In this document: positions 9,641-19,726 of the stretch, piece by piece
How the letters are laid out: the number at the start of each line of letters is the position of its first letter
Numbering within the stretch: position 1 is the first letter of the stretch
DNA from: Clostridiales bacterium
Lineage (GTDB): Bacteria > Bacillota > Clostridia > Tissierellales > GPF-1
Assembly: GCA_013619125.1 (NCBI GenBank)
Contig: JABXKS010000002.1
Span: forward strand, 11,511-75,510
Direction: 5' to 3'
Length of the DNA: 64,000 nt
Translations under genes and position numbers: made by a program
Notes under the pieces: model-generated
Told to the model about the DNA's origin: nothing
Seen by the model: only the letters and a program-made list of their open reading frames with translations
Database searches by the model: none

Positions 9641-10078
9641 TTGATGGATCAAATTGGATATGTAATTGATAAAAAAGAAAATGAGGCGATTGTTCAGGTG
9701 AGGAGAATCTCTGCCTGTGGTGGAAACTGCAAGTCGTGCGGGGGAGATTGTGATGCGCCGGCGATTGTTGTCGCCCTTCAAAACGAAGTGGACGCAAGCA
9801 AAGGGGATTACGTAGAGATAGTCTCCGATACGCGATTCATTCTGCTGTCGAGTTTGATACTCTACGGAATTCCAGCCTCGGGCATGATTGTCGGTATTCT
9901 TTTGGGGTCGGCTTGGTTCGATTCTGAGGTGAAAGCCTTTGGCATGGGCGTGCTGCTGATGGGTGTGACATTTGGATTTTTATGGATCTTAGATCGGAAG
10001 GTGTTCAGCCGTCAGAAAAAACGACTGACCATGAAACGAGTGTTGGGAGGAGATCAATATGACGACAAAATCTTGTAG
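9641..10078 (+). CDS. rseC: SoxR-reducing system RseC family membrane protein
   Basis: N-terminal SACGGNCKSCGGDC Cys cluster, A.KGDYVEI, two C-terminal TM helices with LYGIP. Confidence 0.8.
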   Translation: MMDQIGYVIDKKENEAIVQVRRISACGGNCKSCGGDCDAPAIVVALQNEVDASKGDYVEIVSDTRFILLSSLILYGIPASGMIVGILLGSAWFDSEVKAFGMGVLLMGVTFGFLWILDRKVFSRQKKRLTMKRVLGGDQYDDKIL

Positions 10079-10340
10079 TCGGAAGGATAAAAGCAGTTTA
10101 ATTCTTCGCCTGCGTCGAGTCGAAGGGCAGGTAAAAGGGATACAGAAGATGGTGGACGAGGAAAAAGAATGCAAGGAAATTTTGGTTCAGATTTCAGCGG
10201 CCAAAGCGGCGTTGCATAAAGTTGGTGGACTGATTTTGGAAGAATATATCGAAGATTGTCTGATCCATCAATTGAAAGAAGAGAATCCGGAAGACTTATT
10301 GAAGGATTTGCTGGATTTGGTTGTGAAATATTCAAAATAA
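10059..10340 (+). CDS. CsoR/RcnR/CstR family transcriptional repressor
   Basis: RLRRVEGQVKGIQKMV..C.EILVQISAA.AAL signature; Cys and Cys+29 present, His+25 replaced by Tyr. Confidence 0.92.
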   Translation: MTTKSCSRKDKSSLILRLRRVEGQVKGIQKMVDEEKECKEILVQISAAKAALHKVGGLILEEYIEDCLIHQLKEENPEDLLKDLLDLVVKYSK

Positions 10341-10363
10341 TGCGGAATTCGCGTGGAAACCTA

Positions 10364-10372
10364 TGATATAAT
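10364..10372 (+). promoter_or_regulatory. extended -10 promoter element for glyA
   Basis: TGaTATAAT about 30 nt upstream of the start codon; no good -35 box. Confidence 0.5.
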
Positions 10373-10401
10373 AACGTTATCTTTTGAGAGGGAGGTCGCG
10401 C

Positions 10402-11634
10402 ATGAATTTTGAACATGTAATGAAAAATGATCCAGAAGTATATGAGGCGATTCAATTAGAGAAGAATCGTCAATCCGACAAAATTGAATTGATTGCATCG
10501 GAGAACTTTGTATCCGAGTCTGTGATGGAGGCAATGGGAAGCTATTTGACCAACAAATATGCAGAAGGATATCCAGGGAAACGATACTATGGCGGTTGCG
10601 AGTTCGTTGATATTGTAGAGGACTTGGCACGTGATCGTATGAAGGAATTATTTGGCGCCGAGCATGCCAATGTTCAACCACATTCTGGAGCCAACGCGAA
10701 TATGGGCGTATATTTTGCAATTTTGGAGCCGGGTGATACGGTCCTTGGCATGAATCTATCCCATGGCGGGCACTTGACCCATGGCAGTCCTGTTAATATT
10801 TCTGGAACCTATTTTAATTTTGTGAGTTACGGCGTTGACAAAGACTCTCAAGTAATCGACTATGAAGCCTTGATGGAATTGGCGAAAGAGGCAAAACCAA
10901 AACTGATCGTTGCGGGTGCGAGTGCTTATCCGCGAGAGATTTACTTTGATAAATTCAGAGAGATTGCAGATGAGGTTGGCGCGTATCTGATGGTGGACAT
11001 GGCTCATATTGCCGGACTTGTTGCAGCGGGCTTGCATCAAAATCCAGTGCCGTATGCTGATTTTGTCACGACAACCACTCATAAAACCTTGCGTGGTCCG
11101 CGTGGCGGGGCGATCCTTTGTCGAGCTGAGTATGCAAAGAAGATTGACAAAGCCATCTTCCCTGGAACCCAGGGTGGTCCATTGATGCATGTCATTGCTT
11201 CTAAAGCGGTGAGTTTCAAGGAAGCCTTGGAACCGGAGTTTAAGGTTTATCAGCAAGAAATCATAGATAATGCAAAGGCTTTGGCCGAATCCTTGTTGAA
11301 GCGCGGCTTCACCTTGATTTCAGGAGGAACCGACAATCATATGGTTTTGATTGATGTTCGAAATCGAGGATTGACCGGGAAAGAGGCGGAACATCGCCTG
11401 GATGAAATCGGTGTGACGGCGAATAAAAACACTATTCCATTTGATCCTGAAAGTCCATTTGTTACCAGCGGGCTTCGGATCGGTACACCGGCGATCACCA
11501 CGAGGGGATTTACGGAAGCGGATATGGATGTGATTGCAGAAATCTTTGAATTGACATTGAAGGAAGAACCGGATAATAGCAAAGCGAAGGAATTGGTTGA
11601 TACGCTTTGCGCGAAGTATCCAATATATCGATAG
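10402..11634 (+). CDS. glyA: serine hydroxymethyltransferase
   Basis: [46 protein letters not shown]; RBS GGAGG before ATG 10402. Confidence 0.99.
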   Translation: MNFEHVMKNDPEVYEAIQLEKNRQSDKIELIASENFVSESVMEAMGSYLTNKYAEGYPGKRYYGGCEFVDIVEDLARDRMKELFGAEHANVQPHSGANANMGVYFAILEPGDTVLGMNLSHGGHLTHGSPVNISGTYFNFVSYGVDKDSQVIDYEALMELAKEAKPKLIVAGASAYPREIYFDKFREIADEVGAYLMVDMAHIAGLVAAGLHQNPVPYADFVTTTTHKTLRGPRGGAILCRAEYAKKIDKAIFPGTQGGPLMHVIASKAVSFKEALEPEFKVYQQEIIDNAKALAESLLKRGFTLISGGTDNHMVLIDVRNRGLTGKEAEHRLDEIGVTANKNTIPFDPESPFVTSGLRIGTPAITTRGFTEADMDVIAEIFELTLKEEPDNSKAKELVDTLCAKYPIYR

Positions 11635-11637
11635 TTG

Positions 11638-11663
11638 AAAAAACGCCCTCTTGGGCGTTTTTT
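11638..11663 (+). terminator. intrinsic terminator of glyA
   Basis: AAAAAACGCCC-tctt-GGGCGTTTTTT. Confidence 0.88.
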
Positions 11664-11722
11664 CTTGATTTCATGCAGGAAAGCATGTATCCTTAGAAGG
11701 ATGAAGAATTGAGAGGATTGTT

Positions 11723-13048
11723 ATGGAAGTAAATAATGAACGTTCGTTGCGTAATTGCGTCGAATTTGTTGAACCAGATAGCATTGCAGCTGAAGTGGGC
11801 ATTGAACCCGGAGATCGATTACTTTCGATTGACGGGGTAGTCGTTCATGACATCATTGAATATCGATTTCTACTCGCAGGTGATTCCATCGTTGTTTTAA
11901 TGGAAAAAGCCAATGGTGAGCAGTGGGAAATCGAGGTGGAAAAAGAATACGATGACGATTTGGGCATCCTTTTTCATAATCAACTTCTAGGATGCGCGCA
12001 TCATTGCAAGAATAAATGCCTGTTTTGTTTTGTGGACCAAAACCCCAAAGGAATGCGAAAAACGCTTTATTTTAAGGATGATGACAGTCGATTGTCTTTT
12101 TTGCAGGGCAACTTTGTTACGCTCACCAATATCGAAGAAGAAGAAATTGAGCGTATTATTCGGTATCGCATCTCGCCAATCAATGTATCGGTACACACGA
12201 CGGATCCCGAACTGCGCATTAAGATGTTGAAAAATCCGAAATCAGGAAATTTGTTGCCTTTGATGCAGCGGTTTGCCGATGCGGGGATTGAGATGAGTTG
12301 TCAGATTGTATTGATTCCTGGATTGAACGATGGGATTCATTTGGATCGAACGATCCATGATTTGTCCGAATTGCACCCTGCGGTGCATTCCGTCGCTATT
12401 GTGCCCGTTGGATTAACGAAGCATCGAGACGGCTTGGCGAAAATACGCGGTTTTCAATCAGCAGAGGCGGCAGTTTTCTTGGATCAATTGTCGCGACATC
12501 AAGAAGCATGTCTAGCGAAAGTTAATACCAAATTCGTTTTTGCCAGCGATGAGTTCTATTTAGTGGCCAAGCGAGATTTCCCAAAAGCCGAATACTACGA
12601 AGATTTCGATATGTTGGAAGATGGCGTTGGGATGGTTTCAAAGTTTGTTCAGGAATTTATGGAATCCAGCAATACCTATGAAGATTCGTCCGCCAAAAAG
12701 CATCAAGAATATGTCTTGGCGACGGGTACTTTGATGAAAGACATCATGCGAGAACTCGCAGGAATCATCATGAAAAAGAAGCCGCATATTTCGATCGAAG
12801 TTGTTGCTGTGGAGAATGATTTCTATGGTTCCAGTATTACGGTAAGCGGTTTATTGACTGGACAGGATATTCTGTCACAGGTGCAGGAGAAAGTGAATGG
12901 GAAAACCTTACTCTTGCCATCGAACGTACTGAAGTCTGGGGAAGCCATCTTTTTAGATGATTTAACACTTGAAGACTTGAAAGATCGGCTTAATACCGAT
13001 ATTATTATTATGGAGAATGATGGAAATCAATTCTTTCGCTATTTTTAA
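11723..13048 (+). CDS. DUF512 domain putative radical SAM protein with N-terminal PDZ domain
   Basis: [14 protein letters not shown] (PDZ-like), CKNKCLFC (CxxxCxxC), [19 protein letters not shown]; upstream of der. Confidence 0.9.
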   Translation: MEVNNERSLRNCVEFVEPDSIAAEVGIEPGDRLLSIDGVVVHDIIEYRFLLAGDSIVVLMEKANGEQWEIEVEKEYDDDLGILFHNQLLGCAHHCKNKCLFCFVDQNPKGMRKTLYFKDDDSRLSFLQGNFVTLTNIEEEEIERIIRYRISPINVSVHTTDPELRIKMLKNPKSGNLLPLMQRFADAGIEMSCQIVLIPGLNDGIHLDRTIHDLSELHPAVHSVAIVPVGLTKHRDGLAKIRGFQSAEAAVFLDQLSRHQEACLAKVNTKFVFASDEFYLVAKRDFPKAEYYEDFDMLEDGVGMVSKFVQEFMESSNTYEDSSAKKHQEYVLATGTLMKDIMRELAGIIMKKKPHISIEVVAVENDFYGSSITVSGLLTGQDILSQVQEKVNGKTLLLPSNVLKSGEAIFLDDLTLEDLKDRLNTDIIIMENDGNQFFRYF

Positions 13049-13059
13049 GGAGGAACACC

Positions 13060-14382
13060 ATGGCAAAACCAGTAGTAGCCATCGTGGGTAGACCGAATGT
13101 CGGGAAATCCACATTATTTAATAAATTGGCAGGAAAAAGAATATCGATTGTTGAAGATACACCTGGGGTAACGCGGGATCGTATTTTTGCAGAGGCAGAA
13201 TGGCTGAACAAGTATTTCACCATGATTGATACGGGGGGAATTGAACCCGCGAGCAAAGATAAAATTTTAAAGCAGATGCGACGACAGGCAGAACTAGCGA
13301 TTGAGATGGCAGATGTCATCATGTTGTTAGTGGATGGGATTCAAGGCTTGACCGCGACGGACAGAGAAGTCGCCCAAATGTTGTTCAAGGCGAATAAACG
13401 GGTGATTTTAGTTGTCAACAAGATCGACACCAATAATATGCCCGATACCTTCTATGAGTTCTATGAACTTGGATTAGGGGAACCCAATGTGATTTCGGCA
13501 ACTCAGGGCTTGGGTCTTGGAGATTTGCTGGATCAAGTGGTTGCACTTTTCCCAGAAGGGAAATCAACAGAAGCAGATGAAGATGTTATGAAGATTGCTT
13601 TTGTAGGCAAGCCGAATGTCGGCAAATCGTCTTTGGTCAATCGCCTTTTGGGGGAAGAACGCGTTATCGTAAGCGATATTCCTGGCACAACGCGAGACGC
13701 GATTGATACAGCATTTGAAGTTGGTGAAAAGAAATACGTCTTTATCGATACGGCGGGATTACGCAAAAAGGGAAAGATTCAAGATGAAAGCATTGAGCGT
13801 TATAGCGTGATCCGAACGTTGGCCGCAGTAGAGCGTGCGGATCTTTGCATGATTATGATAGACGCCACGGTGGGTTTGACGGAACAAGACAAGAAAATTG
13901 CTGGTTTTGCTCATGACAACGGCAAGGGCGCCATTATCGTGGTGAATAAATGGGATTTGATTGAGAAAGACAGCAAGACCTATTTGAACTTTGAGAAAGA
14001 TATTCGAAATGGACTGGCATTTATGAGCTATGCACCGATTATCTATATTTCAGCTTTGACGGGGCAGCGTGCGCATACAATACTAGATACAATCAACGAG
14101 GTCTATGAAACACGACGTATTCGTGTGAAGACGGGAGTCTTAAACGATATTATTGGCGATGCGATTTTGATGAATCAGCCTCCGTCTGACAAAGGGAAAC
14201 GATTGAAGATTTTCTACGCGACCCAAGGCAGTACGGAACCGCCGCATTTTGTTGTTTTTGTCAATTCTAAGGATTTGATGCACTTTTCATATCAACGATA
14301 TTTGGAAAACCAAATTCGATCTCATTTCGGCTTTAAAGGAACGCCAATCTGGTTTACCATTCGCGAAAGGAGTCAGAAATGA
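13060..14382 (+). CDS. der: ribosome biogenesis GTPase Der (EngA)
   Basis: Two GTPase domains ([16 protein letters not shown]; DTGG, DTAG; NKID, NKWD) plus KH-like C-terminus. Confidence 0.99.
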   Translation: MAKPVVAIVGRPNVGKSTLFNKLAGKRISIVEDTPGVTRDRIFAEAEWLNKYFTMIDTGGIEPASKDKILKQMRRQAELAIEMADVIMLLVDGIQGLTATDREVAQMLFKANKRVILVVNKIDTNNMPDTFYEFYELGLGEPNVISATQGLGLGDLLDQVVALFPEGKSTEADEDVMKIAFVGKPNVGKSSLVNRLLGEERVIVSDIPGTTRDAIDTAFEVGEKKYVFIDTAGLRKKGKIQDESIERYSVIRTLAAVERADLCMIMIDATVGLTEQDKKIAGFAHDNGKGAIIVVNKWDLIEKDSKTYLNFEKDIRNGLAFMSYAPIIYISALTGQRAHTILDTINEVYETRRIRVKTGVLNDIIGDAILMNQPPSDKGKRLKIFYATQGSTEPPHFVVFVNSKDLMHFSYQRYLENQIRSHFGFKGTPIWFTIRERSQK

Positions 14383-14972
14383 AAATAGGCTTGGTGATTG
14401 TACTTTCCTACTTGCTTGGGAATATTTCCACTGGTTTTTTATTGGGGAAATGGTTACGGAAAGAAGACATTCGTGAATTTGGCAGCAAGAACGCCGGTGC
14501 AACGAATGCCTTGAGAGTTTTTGGAATCAAAATTGGTTTGATGACATTGGCCGGCGATATGCTAAAGGGATTTTTAGCGACGCGGATCGGATTTGCCATT
14601 GGTGGTGAAACGATGATGGCGATAGCAGCACTTTCAGTCGTAATAGGACACAATTATCCGGTTTTTTTGAAATTCAAGGGAGGCAAAGGAATTGCAACAA
14701 CGGCAGGCGTTTTACTTGCCTTGTCGCCGCCCCTTCTTCTTTTACAAGTCACACTGATGGTCCTGATTGTATGGATCACCAAATATGTATCATTGGGTTC
14801 TGTTTTGAACGCCATTCTATTACCGATATTCATTGCTCTCTTTTACAGGCCTTTTTCGTGGACGTTGGTGATTGCGACAGGCTTGATGGGGTTGATGGGG
14901 GTATTTAGACATCGCGCCAATATTGTTCGATTACTCAAAGGGAATGAAAGAAAATTTGGAGAGAAGGTGTAG
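14379..14972 (+). CDS. plsY: glycerol-3-phosphate acyltransferase PlsY
   Basis: [38 protein letters not shown]. Confidence 0.97.
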   Translation: MKIGLVIVLSYLLGNISTGFLLGKWLRKEDIREFGSKNAGATNALRVFGIKIGLMTLAGDMLKGFLATRIGFAIGGETMMAIAALSVVIGHNYPVFLKFKGGKGIATTAGVLLALSPPLLLLQVTLMVLIVWITKYVSLGSVLNAILLPIFIALFYRPFSWTLVIATGLMGLMGVFRHRANIVRLLKGNERKFGEKV

Positions 14973-14974
14973 AC

Positions 14975-15967
14975 ATGAAAATTGGCATCATCGGTGCAGG
15001 TAGCTGGGGAACCGCTTTGGGAATCGCGCTCGCTGAGAAGGATTTTGATGTGACGCTTTATGTGCGGAATCCTGAGAAGTTAAAAGAACTAGAACGGACA
15101 CGGGAGAATCACCATTATCTGCCGGGACGAATTTTGCCTGCAAATCTTAAGCTGACATCAACGCAGCAAGAAGTTGTTATTGGGTGTTCTTTCACGTTGT
15201 TGGCCGTACCTACTCAGCAGGTTCGAAAAGTCTTGGTGTCCTTACAGTCGATGACTGAACCGGGACATTGTTTTGTGAATGTGGCGAAGGGATTGGAAAA
15301 CGGCACTCTCTTGCGCATCTCTGAAATTTTTAAAGAGGAATTGCCGGAGTCGGTTTACGGAATTTTATCCGGACCGAGTCATGCGGAAGAAGTCGCAAAA
15401 AAAATGCCGACAACGATTACGGTAGCGTCGACAGATTCAGCCTTTGCGCAATTGCTGCAAGAAACCTTTACAACGGAATTTCTGCGAATCTATCGTAATG
15501 ACGATTTAATGGGTGTTGAATTGGGTGGCGCATTGAAGAATGTGATTGCTATTGGCGCCGGGATTTCTGATGGATTGGGCTATGGTGACAATACAAAAGC
15601 CGCCTTGATGAATCGGGGTATTGTTGAAATTACTCGACTTGGAGAAGCAATGGGTGCTCTTAGAAATACGTTTTTGGGCTTGTCTGGAATGGGTGATTTG
15701 ATTGTGACGTGCATGAGCAAGCACAGCCGAAATCGACGGGCCGGAATTTTGCTGGCCAAAGGAATGAGCCTCGAAGAGACCATTCAAAAGATCGGCATGG
15801 CGGTTGAAGGAGCTGAAACAGTGAAATCGGCCGTAGAATTGGCACATCAATATGGAATTGAAATGCCGATCACGGAAGAAATCTATGGCGTCTTGTATGG
15901 GTCGGAGGATGTATCGCGATCCGTTTATAAATTAATGATGAGAGATTCAAAACCGGAGTGGGATTAG
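14975..15967 (+). CDS. gpsA: NAD(P)H-dependent glycerol-3-phosphate dehydrogenase
   Basis: GAGSWGTA, LSGPSHAEEV, GVELGGALKNVIAI, GMGDLIVTC.S.HSRN. Confidence 0.98.
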   Translation: MKIGIIGAGSWGTALGIALAEKDFDVTLYVRNPEKLKELERTRENHHYLPGRILPANLKLTSTQQEVVIGCSFTLLAVPTQQVRKVLVSLQSMTEPGHCFVNVAKGLENGTLLRISEIFKEELPESVYGILSGPSHAEEVAKKMPTTITVASTDSAFAQLLQETFTTEFLRIYRNDDLMGVELGGALKNVIAIGAGISDGLGYGDNTKAALMNRGIVEITRLGEAMGALRNTFLGLSGMGDLIVTCMSKHSRNRRAGILLAKGMSLEETIQKIGMAVEGAETVKSAVELAHQYGIEMPITEEIYGVLYGSEDVSRSVYKLMMRDSKPEWD

Positions 15968-15979
15968 CACTCCGGTTTT
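15949..15979 (+). terminator. intrinsic terminator overlapping the gpsA stop codon
   Basis: AAAACCGGAGTG-ggattag-CACTCCGGTTTT, 12-bp perfect stem. Confidence 0.85.
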
Positions 15980-16002
15980 CTTGTTTCAAGGCTTTCCAGT
16001 TA

Positions 16003-16011
16003 TGGTATAAT
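16003..16011 (+). promoter_or_regulatory. extended -10 promoter for the HlyD-like/yggS/sepF/ylmH/divIVA operon
   Basis: TGgTATAAT 30 nt upstream of ATG 16041, just after the terminator. Confidence 0.6.
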
Positions 16012-16040
16012 AGAAGAAAATTCAGCAATTGAGGGAAGCA

Positions 16041-17255
16041 ATGAAAGCAAATCGAATACTGACATTAATATTGATGATCTGCATGGTGATGAGTATCTTT
16101 TTTCTTTCAAAAATACTTCCTCAACAATCGCATCCAACCACGATTGCCGGACCGGTGGATCAAGCGCTGGCGGTTGAAGTGGAAGGAATAGTTGTTCGAA
16201 AGGAATTTGTATATTATGCGCCTGTATCTGGATCGTTTACGACGGCTCAAGAAGAAGGGCAAAAAGTGCGTAGAGGTGCGGAAATGGGTCTGTATGCATG
16301 GGATCAAAACGAGTCTATTGAAGAGGTTGAGAATCGGTATGAACTGACTGTTTCTGAACTTTCCTCCTATGACAACATCCGGGTGGATCTCCAAAAGATT
16401 CGAGGGCAGATCGACTCAGCCAATCAGATTTTTGTGGCTGCTTATCGGCGAGCCATTCAACGGAATGAATTTCCAGCTGTTTTTGAGTCGGTTGAAGCGT
16501 ATCAAAGCACGTATGATGGGCTGTTTTCCGAGCAAAATACCACGGGAATTCAATTGGCGAAGATACAGCGGACGAAACGAGAATTGGATAAGATGAGGAA
16601 TGGGGAGATTCAGTATCAAGCCCCTATTGCCGGGATCGTTTCCTATGTTTTTGATGCATATGAAGAAGAATTCTTATATGAAAATGTACGCAATGACTTG
16701 GAACGGGCGTATCGGTATATTCACGATCCCTTTCAAGGCAAGGCCATTGAATCAAGGCGGGATTGGATGCAACCGATCTATCGTCTTTCCGATAACAGCG
16801 CTTGGTACGTATTGCTTCAAATCCCCGATGATGCCAGTCAATTTTTTCGGGAAAGCGAGCAATTTATTTTGAATTGTGAGGAATGTCTGGTGCCTGTACG
16901 CGCGACAAAGTCTTTTGTCAGTGAAACGGACGATGGCGTGTATTGGTTGTTGCAAGTGGAAGAACGGTTTTACGAAATTAATGACGTACGGCATCTGACC
17001 ATGGAATTACAGCCGGCAAGAATTCCTGAGGGGGTCTTGTTGGATCGGAAAGCTGTACGATTTCAGGATGGTTCGTGGGGCGTTGATCGCTTGCGGTTAA
17101 ACAAAGACGTGGTATGGACACCCGTGACCATCATTGATCAAAATCGAGAGAATTTGATTGTGCAGCCAGTTGAAGAGAATAGATTAAGAGCATATGACGA
17201 AGTACAATTGCAGGAGGAAGAGAGTGGACAGCATATTGAAACAGCGAATTCTTGA
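16041..17255 (+). CDS. HlyD/membrane-fusion-protein-like periplasmic adaptor protein of unknown function
   Basis: N-terminal TM helix; two lipoyl-like half motifs (YYAPVSG..EEGQKVRRG and YQAPIAGIVS) flanking a coiled coil; upstream of yggS. Confidence 0.65.
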   Translation: MKANRILTLILMICMVMSIFFLSKILPQQSHPTTIAGPVDQALAVEVEGIVVRKEFVYYAPVSGSFTTAQEEGQKVRRGAEMGLYAWDQNESIEEVENRYELTVSELSSYDNIRVDLQKIRGQIDSANQIFVAAYRRAIQRNEFPAVFESVEAYQSTYDGLFSEQNTTGIQLAKIQRTKRELDKMRNGEIQYQAPIAGIVSYVFDAYEEEFLYENVRNDLERAYRYIHDPFQGKAIESRRDWMQPIYRLSDNSAWYVLLQIPDDASQFFRESEQFILNCEECLVPVRATKSFVSETDDGVYWLLQVEERFYEINDVRHLTMELQPARIPEGVLLDRKAVRFQDGSWGVDRLRLNKDVVWTPVTIIDQNRENLIVQPVEENRLRAYDEVQLQEEESGQHIETANS

Positions 17256-17904
17256 AATTCAGAAGAATATTGAGGATTCAGTGGAGCAAGGACAGAGAGA
17301 GTTAGTTACCATGGTTGCCGTATCAAAAACCGTCGAGGCAGATAAAATTCGCGAAACCTATGAATTGGGAATTCGGGATTATGGAGAAAATCGAGTCCCG
17401 GTGCTTGAGAAAAAAATGGAAGATCTCAAGGATTTGGATATTTCATGGCATTTTATCGGGCACTTGCAGAGAAACAAGGCAAAGAAAATCGTGGGGAAAG
17501 TAGCGATGATCCATGCGATTGATTCGATGCGCTTAATTGAAACTATCGATACTATTTGTCAGAAGCAAGATTGCCTGCAAATGGGACTTCTTCAAGTCAA
17601 TATTGGAGAAGATCCCAATAAATTTGGATTTACAGAGGAAGAATTGTTGGCTTCTCTGGATCAATTGCAAAGATTTACGCATATTAAGATCTGTGGATTA
17701 ATGACAATTCTGCCATATGGTCGAACCCCTGAAGAAAACATTTCCTGGTTTCAGCGACTCTCTGAATTGTTGAACAAAGTGAAAGTACATCCCGCTGCAA
17801 AAGAATGGACGGAATTGTCCATGGGGATGTCCAACGATTATCAAGAAGCGATTCGAGCGGGCGCTACCATGGTTCGCATCGGCAGTGCGATTTATCAAGC
17901 TTAA
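17224..17904 (+). CDS. yggS: pyridoxal phosphate homeostasis protein YggS
   Basis: VAVSKT, YGENRV, WHFIGHLQRNK, LSMGMSNDY..AI..GATMVRIGSAI; GTG 17224 follows GAGGAAG. Confidence 0.96.
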   Translation: MDSILKQRILEIQKNIEDSVEQGQRELVTMVAVSKTVEADKIRETYELGIRDYGENRVPVLEKKMEDLKDLDISWHFIGHLQRNKAKKIVGKVAMIHAIDSMRLIETIDTICQKQDCLQMGLLQVNIGEDPNKFGFTEEELLASLDQLQRFTHIKICGLMTILPYGRTPEENISWFQRLSELLNKVKVHPAAKEWTELSMGMSNDYQEAIRAGATMVRIGSAIYQA

Positions 17905-17914
17905 GGAGGATAAC

Positions 17915-18406
17915 ATGGAAGAAAAGGAAACCTTCGCATCAAAGTTTAAAAATTTGATTGGGATGAGCCAAGATCAAGAGATGAATGTCGAAGAAAATCT
18001 ATTTCAAGATGATGGGTTCGAGGAAGGAAGCGAAGAAATGACAGATACATTAGATATCAATAAGGAAATTCTATTTAGCGAGCCAGAGTCAAGCCATTTT
18101 GGTTCAACATTTGGCGAAGACGGAAGCATTATTATTCAAGAACCTGTTACCTATGATGAAATCACAAAATCGATTGATCGATTAAAAAACGAAAAGACAG
18201 TGATTATCAATTTCAAGCAATTGAAGGGCGATTGGAAGAAAAATGCCTATCATTTTATGCTGGGAGCCGTTTATGCTTTGGAAGGAAATGTAGAAAAGGT
18301 TGATTCCAATATTTTCATCATCACACCAAAGTCTGTCAAAATCACAACAGCGGGCGCTGTGGCGGAGACGATTCAGTCCTCCGATGATTTGAAGCTTACG
18401 TGGTAA
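17915..18406 (+). CDS. sepF: cell division protein SepF
   Basis: N-terminal amphipathic FASKFKNLIG, acidic linker, C-terminal EP.TYDE...ID.LK..KTVIINF...F..GAVYALEG; after yggS. Confidence 0.9.
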   Translation: MEEKETFASKFKNLIGMSQDQEMNVEENLFQDDGFEEGSEEMTDTLDINKEILFSEPESSHFGSTFGEDGSIIIQEPVTYDEITKSIDRLKNEKTVIINFKQLKGDWKKNAYHFMLGAVYALEGNVEKVDSNIFIITPKSVKITTAGAVAETIQSSDDLKLTW

Positions 18407-19176
18407 AAGAAATCAACTTGCAATTCGTACGAGATGACGATTGCAAACAGAGAATTTATCGGTTGATTGACCAAGTGAAGCGCGCTGGATTTCATGGCGG
18501 CGTGGAAACAACACACTTCTTCGATCCCTATACGGTTGAGGTGGCGGAATCGGTATTGCATCAAGAGACGGCCCTTTCTTATCGAATAGAGGGCGGGTAC
18601 GGGGAGGCAGAACGGAGAAGGATCCTCTTCACCTATGGGGAGGAAGAATGGCTCCAAGATGCTGAGATCTCCTTATATAGAGGCACGGGGCGGGGATCGT
18701 GGATACCGGAACATCGTGAGATTTTGGGCAGCCTGATGGGGCTGGGAATTGACCGAAGCAAATTTGGTGATATTGTAATTCGCGGCAATCTTTTTTTTGT
18801 ATTTATGGAGAGTGAGATTGCGAATTATGTTACAAGTCAATTGATGGAAATTGGAAGAGAATCGATTTCTGGAGAGTTGATTGACCTGGCGGGATTTGAA
18901 TATCAGCGAGAGACGGGAACCATCAAGCGGATTTCAGTTGCGTCTCTTCGACTGGATGCGGTGGTTTCGGCGCTTGTGCCAACAAGCCGTGGGAAGGCAC
19001 AGGAACTGATCCGACAAGAGTACGTGAAAGTAAATCATCATTTGGAAAAAAGAATTTCCTATGAGCTTGCACCGGGGGATCTGATCTCCATTCGCAGGGC
19101 GGGTAGATTTCAGCTGGGACAGGATGTGAAAATATCTAAAAAAGGAAGAGTGCAGTGTGAAGTGGAAAAATTTTAG
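18400..19176 (+). CDS. ylmH: YlmH/Sll1252 family S4-domain RNA-binding protein
   Basis: GGYGEAERRR, HREILGSLMGLGIDRSKFGDI, SLRLDAVVS, GDLISIRRAGR. Confidence 0.92.
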   Translation: MVKEINLQFVRDDDCKQRIYRLIDQVKRAGFHGGVETTHFFDPYTVEVAESVLHQETALSYRIEGGYGEAERRRILFTYGEEEWLQDAEISLYRGTGRGSWIPEHREILGSLMGLGIDRSKFGDIVIRGNLFFVFMESEIANYVTSQLMEIGRESISGELIDLAGFEYQRETGTIKRISVASLRLDAVVSALVPTSRGKAQELIRQEYVKVNHHLEKRISYELAPGDLISIRRAGRFQLGQDVKISKKGRVQCEVEKF

Positions 19177-19187
19177 GGGGGATTGAA

Positions 19188-19661
19188 ATGCTGGCACCGG
19201 TAGATCTTGAGAAAAAAACCTTTTCGAAATCGTTGAATGGGTATAAAGTTACGGAAGTGGAAGATTTTTTAGAAGAGGTAATTGCTGGTTATGAACGGCT
19301 TTATCAGGAGAATATTGAGCTTCGTGAGCGAAACATGATTTTACAGGAGCAGATCGCCAAGTATGATGATCTAGAGCTAACCCTTAAAAACACGTTGGTT
19401 CTTGCTCAACAGACGTCCGAACGCTTGAATCTGCAGGCAACGGACAAAGCGGACATGGTGATCAACGAAGCGCAGCGAGATGCGGAGAAAATCATCAATG
19501 AAGCGCGTATGAAGACGGTTGAGCTGACACAAAAATCGGAGTTGCTGAAAAAGGAGCTTTTTGTATTTGAAGCAAAGTTTGCTCAATTGCTACAAAATCA
19601 AAGCGATTTTTTAAAGACGAATCTTCGAATGCTGCAAGAAGAGCCAGGAGTATTTAAATAA
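19188..19661 (+). CDS. divIVA: cell division/polarity protein DivIVA
   Basis: MLAPVDLEKKTFSKSLNGY...EVEDFL followed by coiled coil; TLVLAQQTSE. Confidence 0.95.
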   Translation: MLAPVDLEKKTFSKSLNGYKVTEVEDFLEEVIAGYERLYQENIELRERNMILQEQIAKYDDLELTLKNTLVLAQQTSERLNLQATDKADMVINEAQRDAEKIINEARMKTVELTQKSELLKKELFVFEAKFAQLLQNQSDFLKTNLRMLQEEPGVFK

Positions 19662-19682
19662 GAAATCATTGACGGTCGTACC

Positions 19683-19726
19683 AAAAGGTTTGTAGACTTA
19701 TTGGGTTAGGGATACAAGCCTTTTTT
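19683..19726 (+). terminator. probable intrinsic terminator after divIVA
   Basis: AAAAGGTTTGTA-n18-TACAAGCCTTTTTT (one G-U pair) ending in a T tract. Confidence 0.6.

Noticed and set aside
10341-10401. Glycine or ZTP riboswitch before glyA
   Set aside because: Only about 25 nt lie between the likely TSS and the start codon.
19672-19690. T-box-like GGTCGTACC followed by a hairpin after divIVA
   Set aside because: Mismatch in the invariant UGG, no room for Stem I (about 15 nt after the stop codon), and no synthetase gene downstream.
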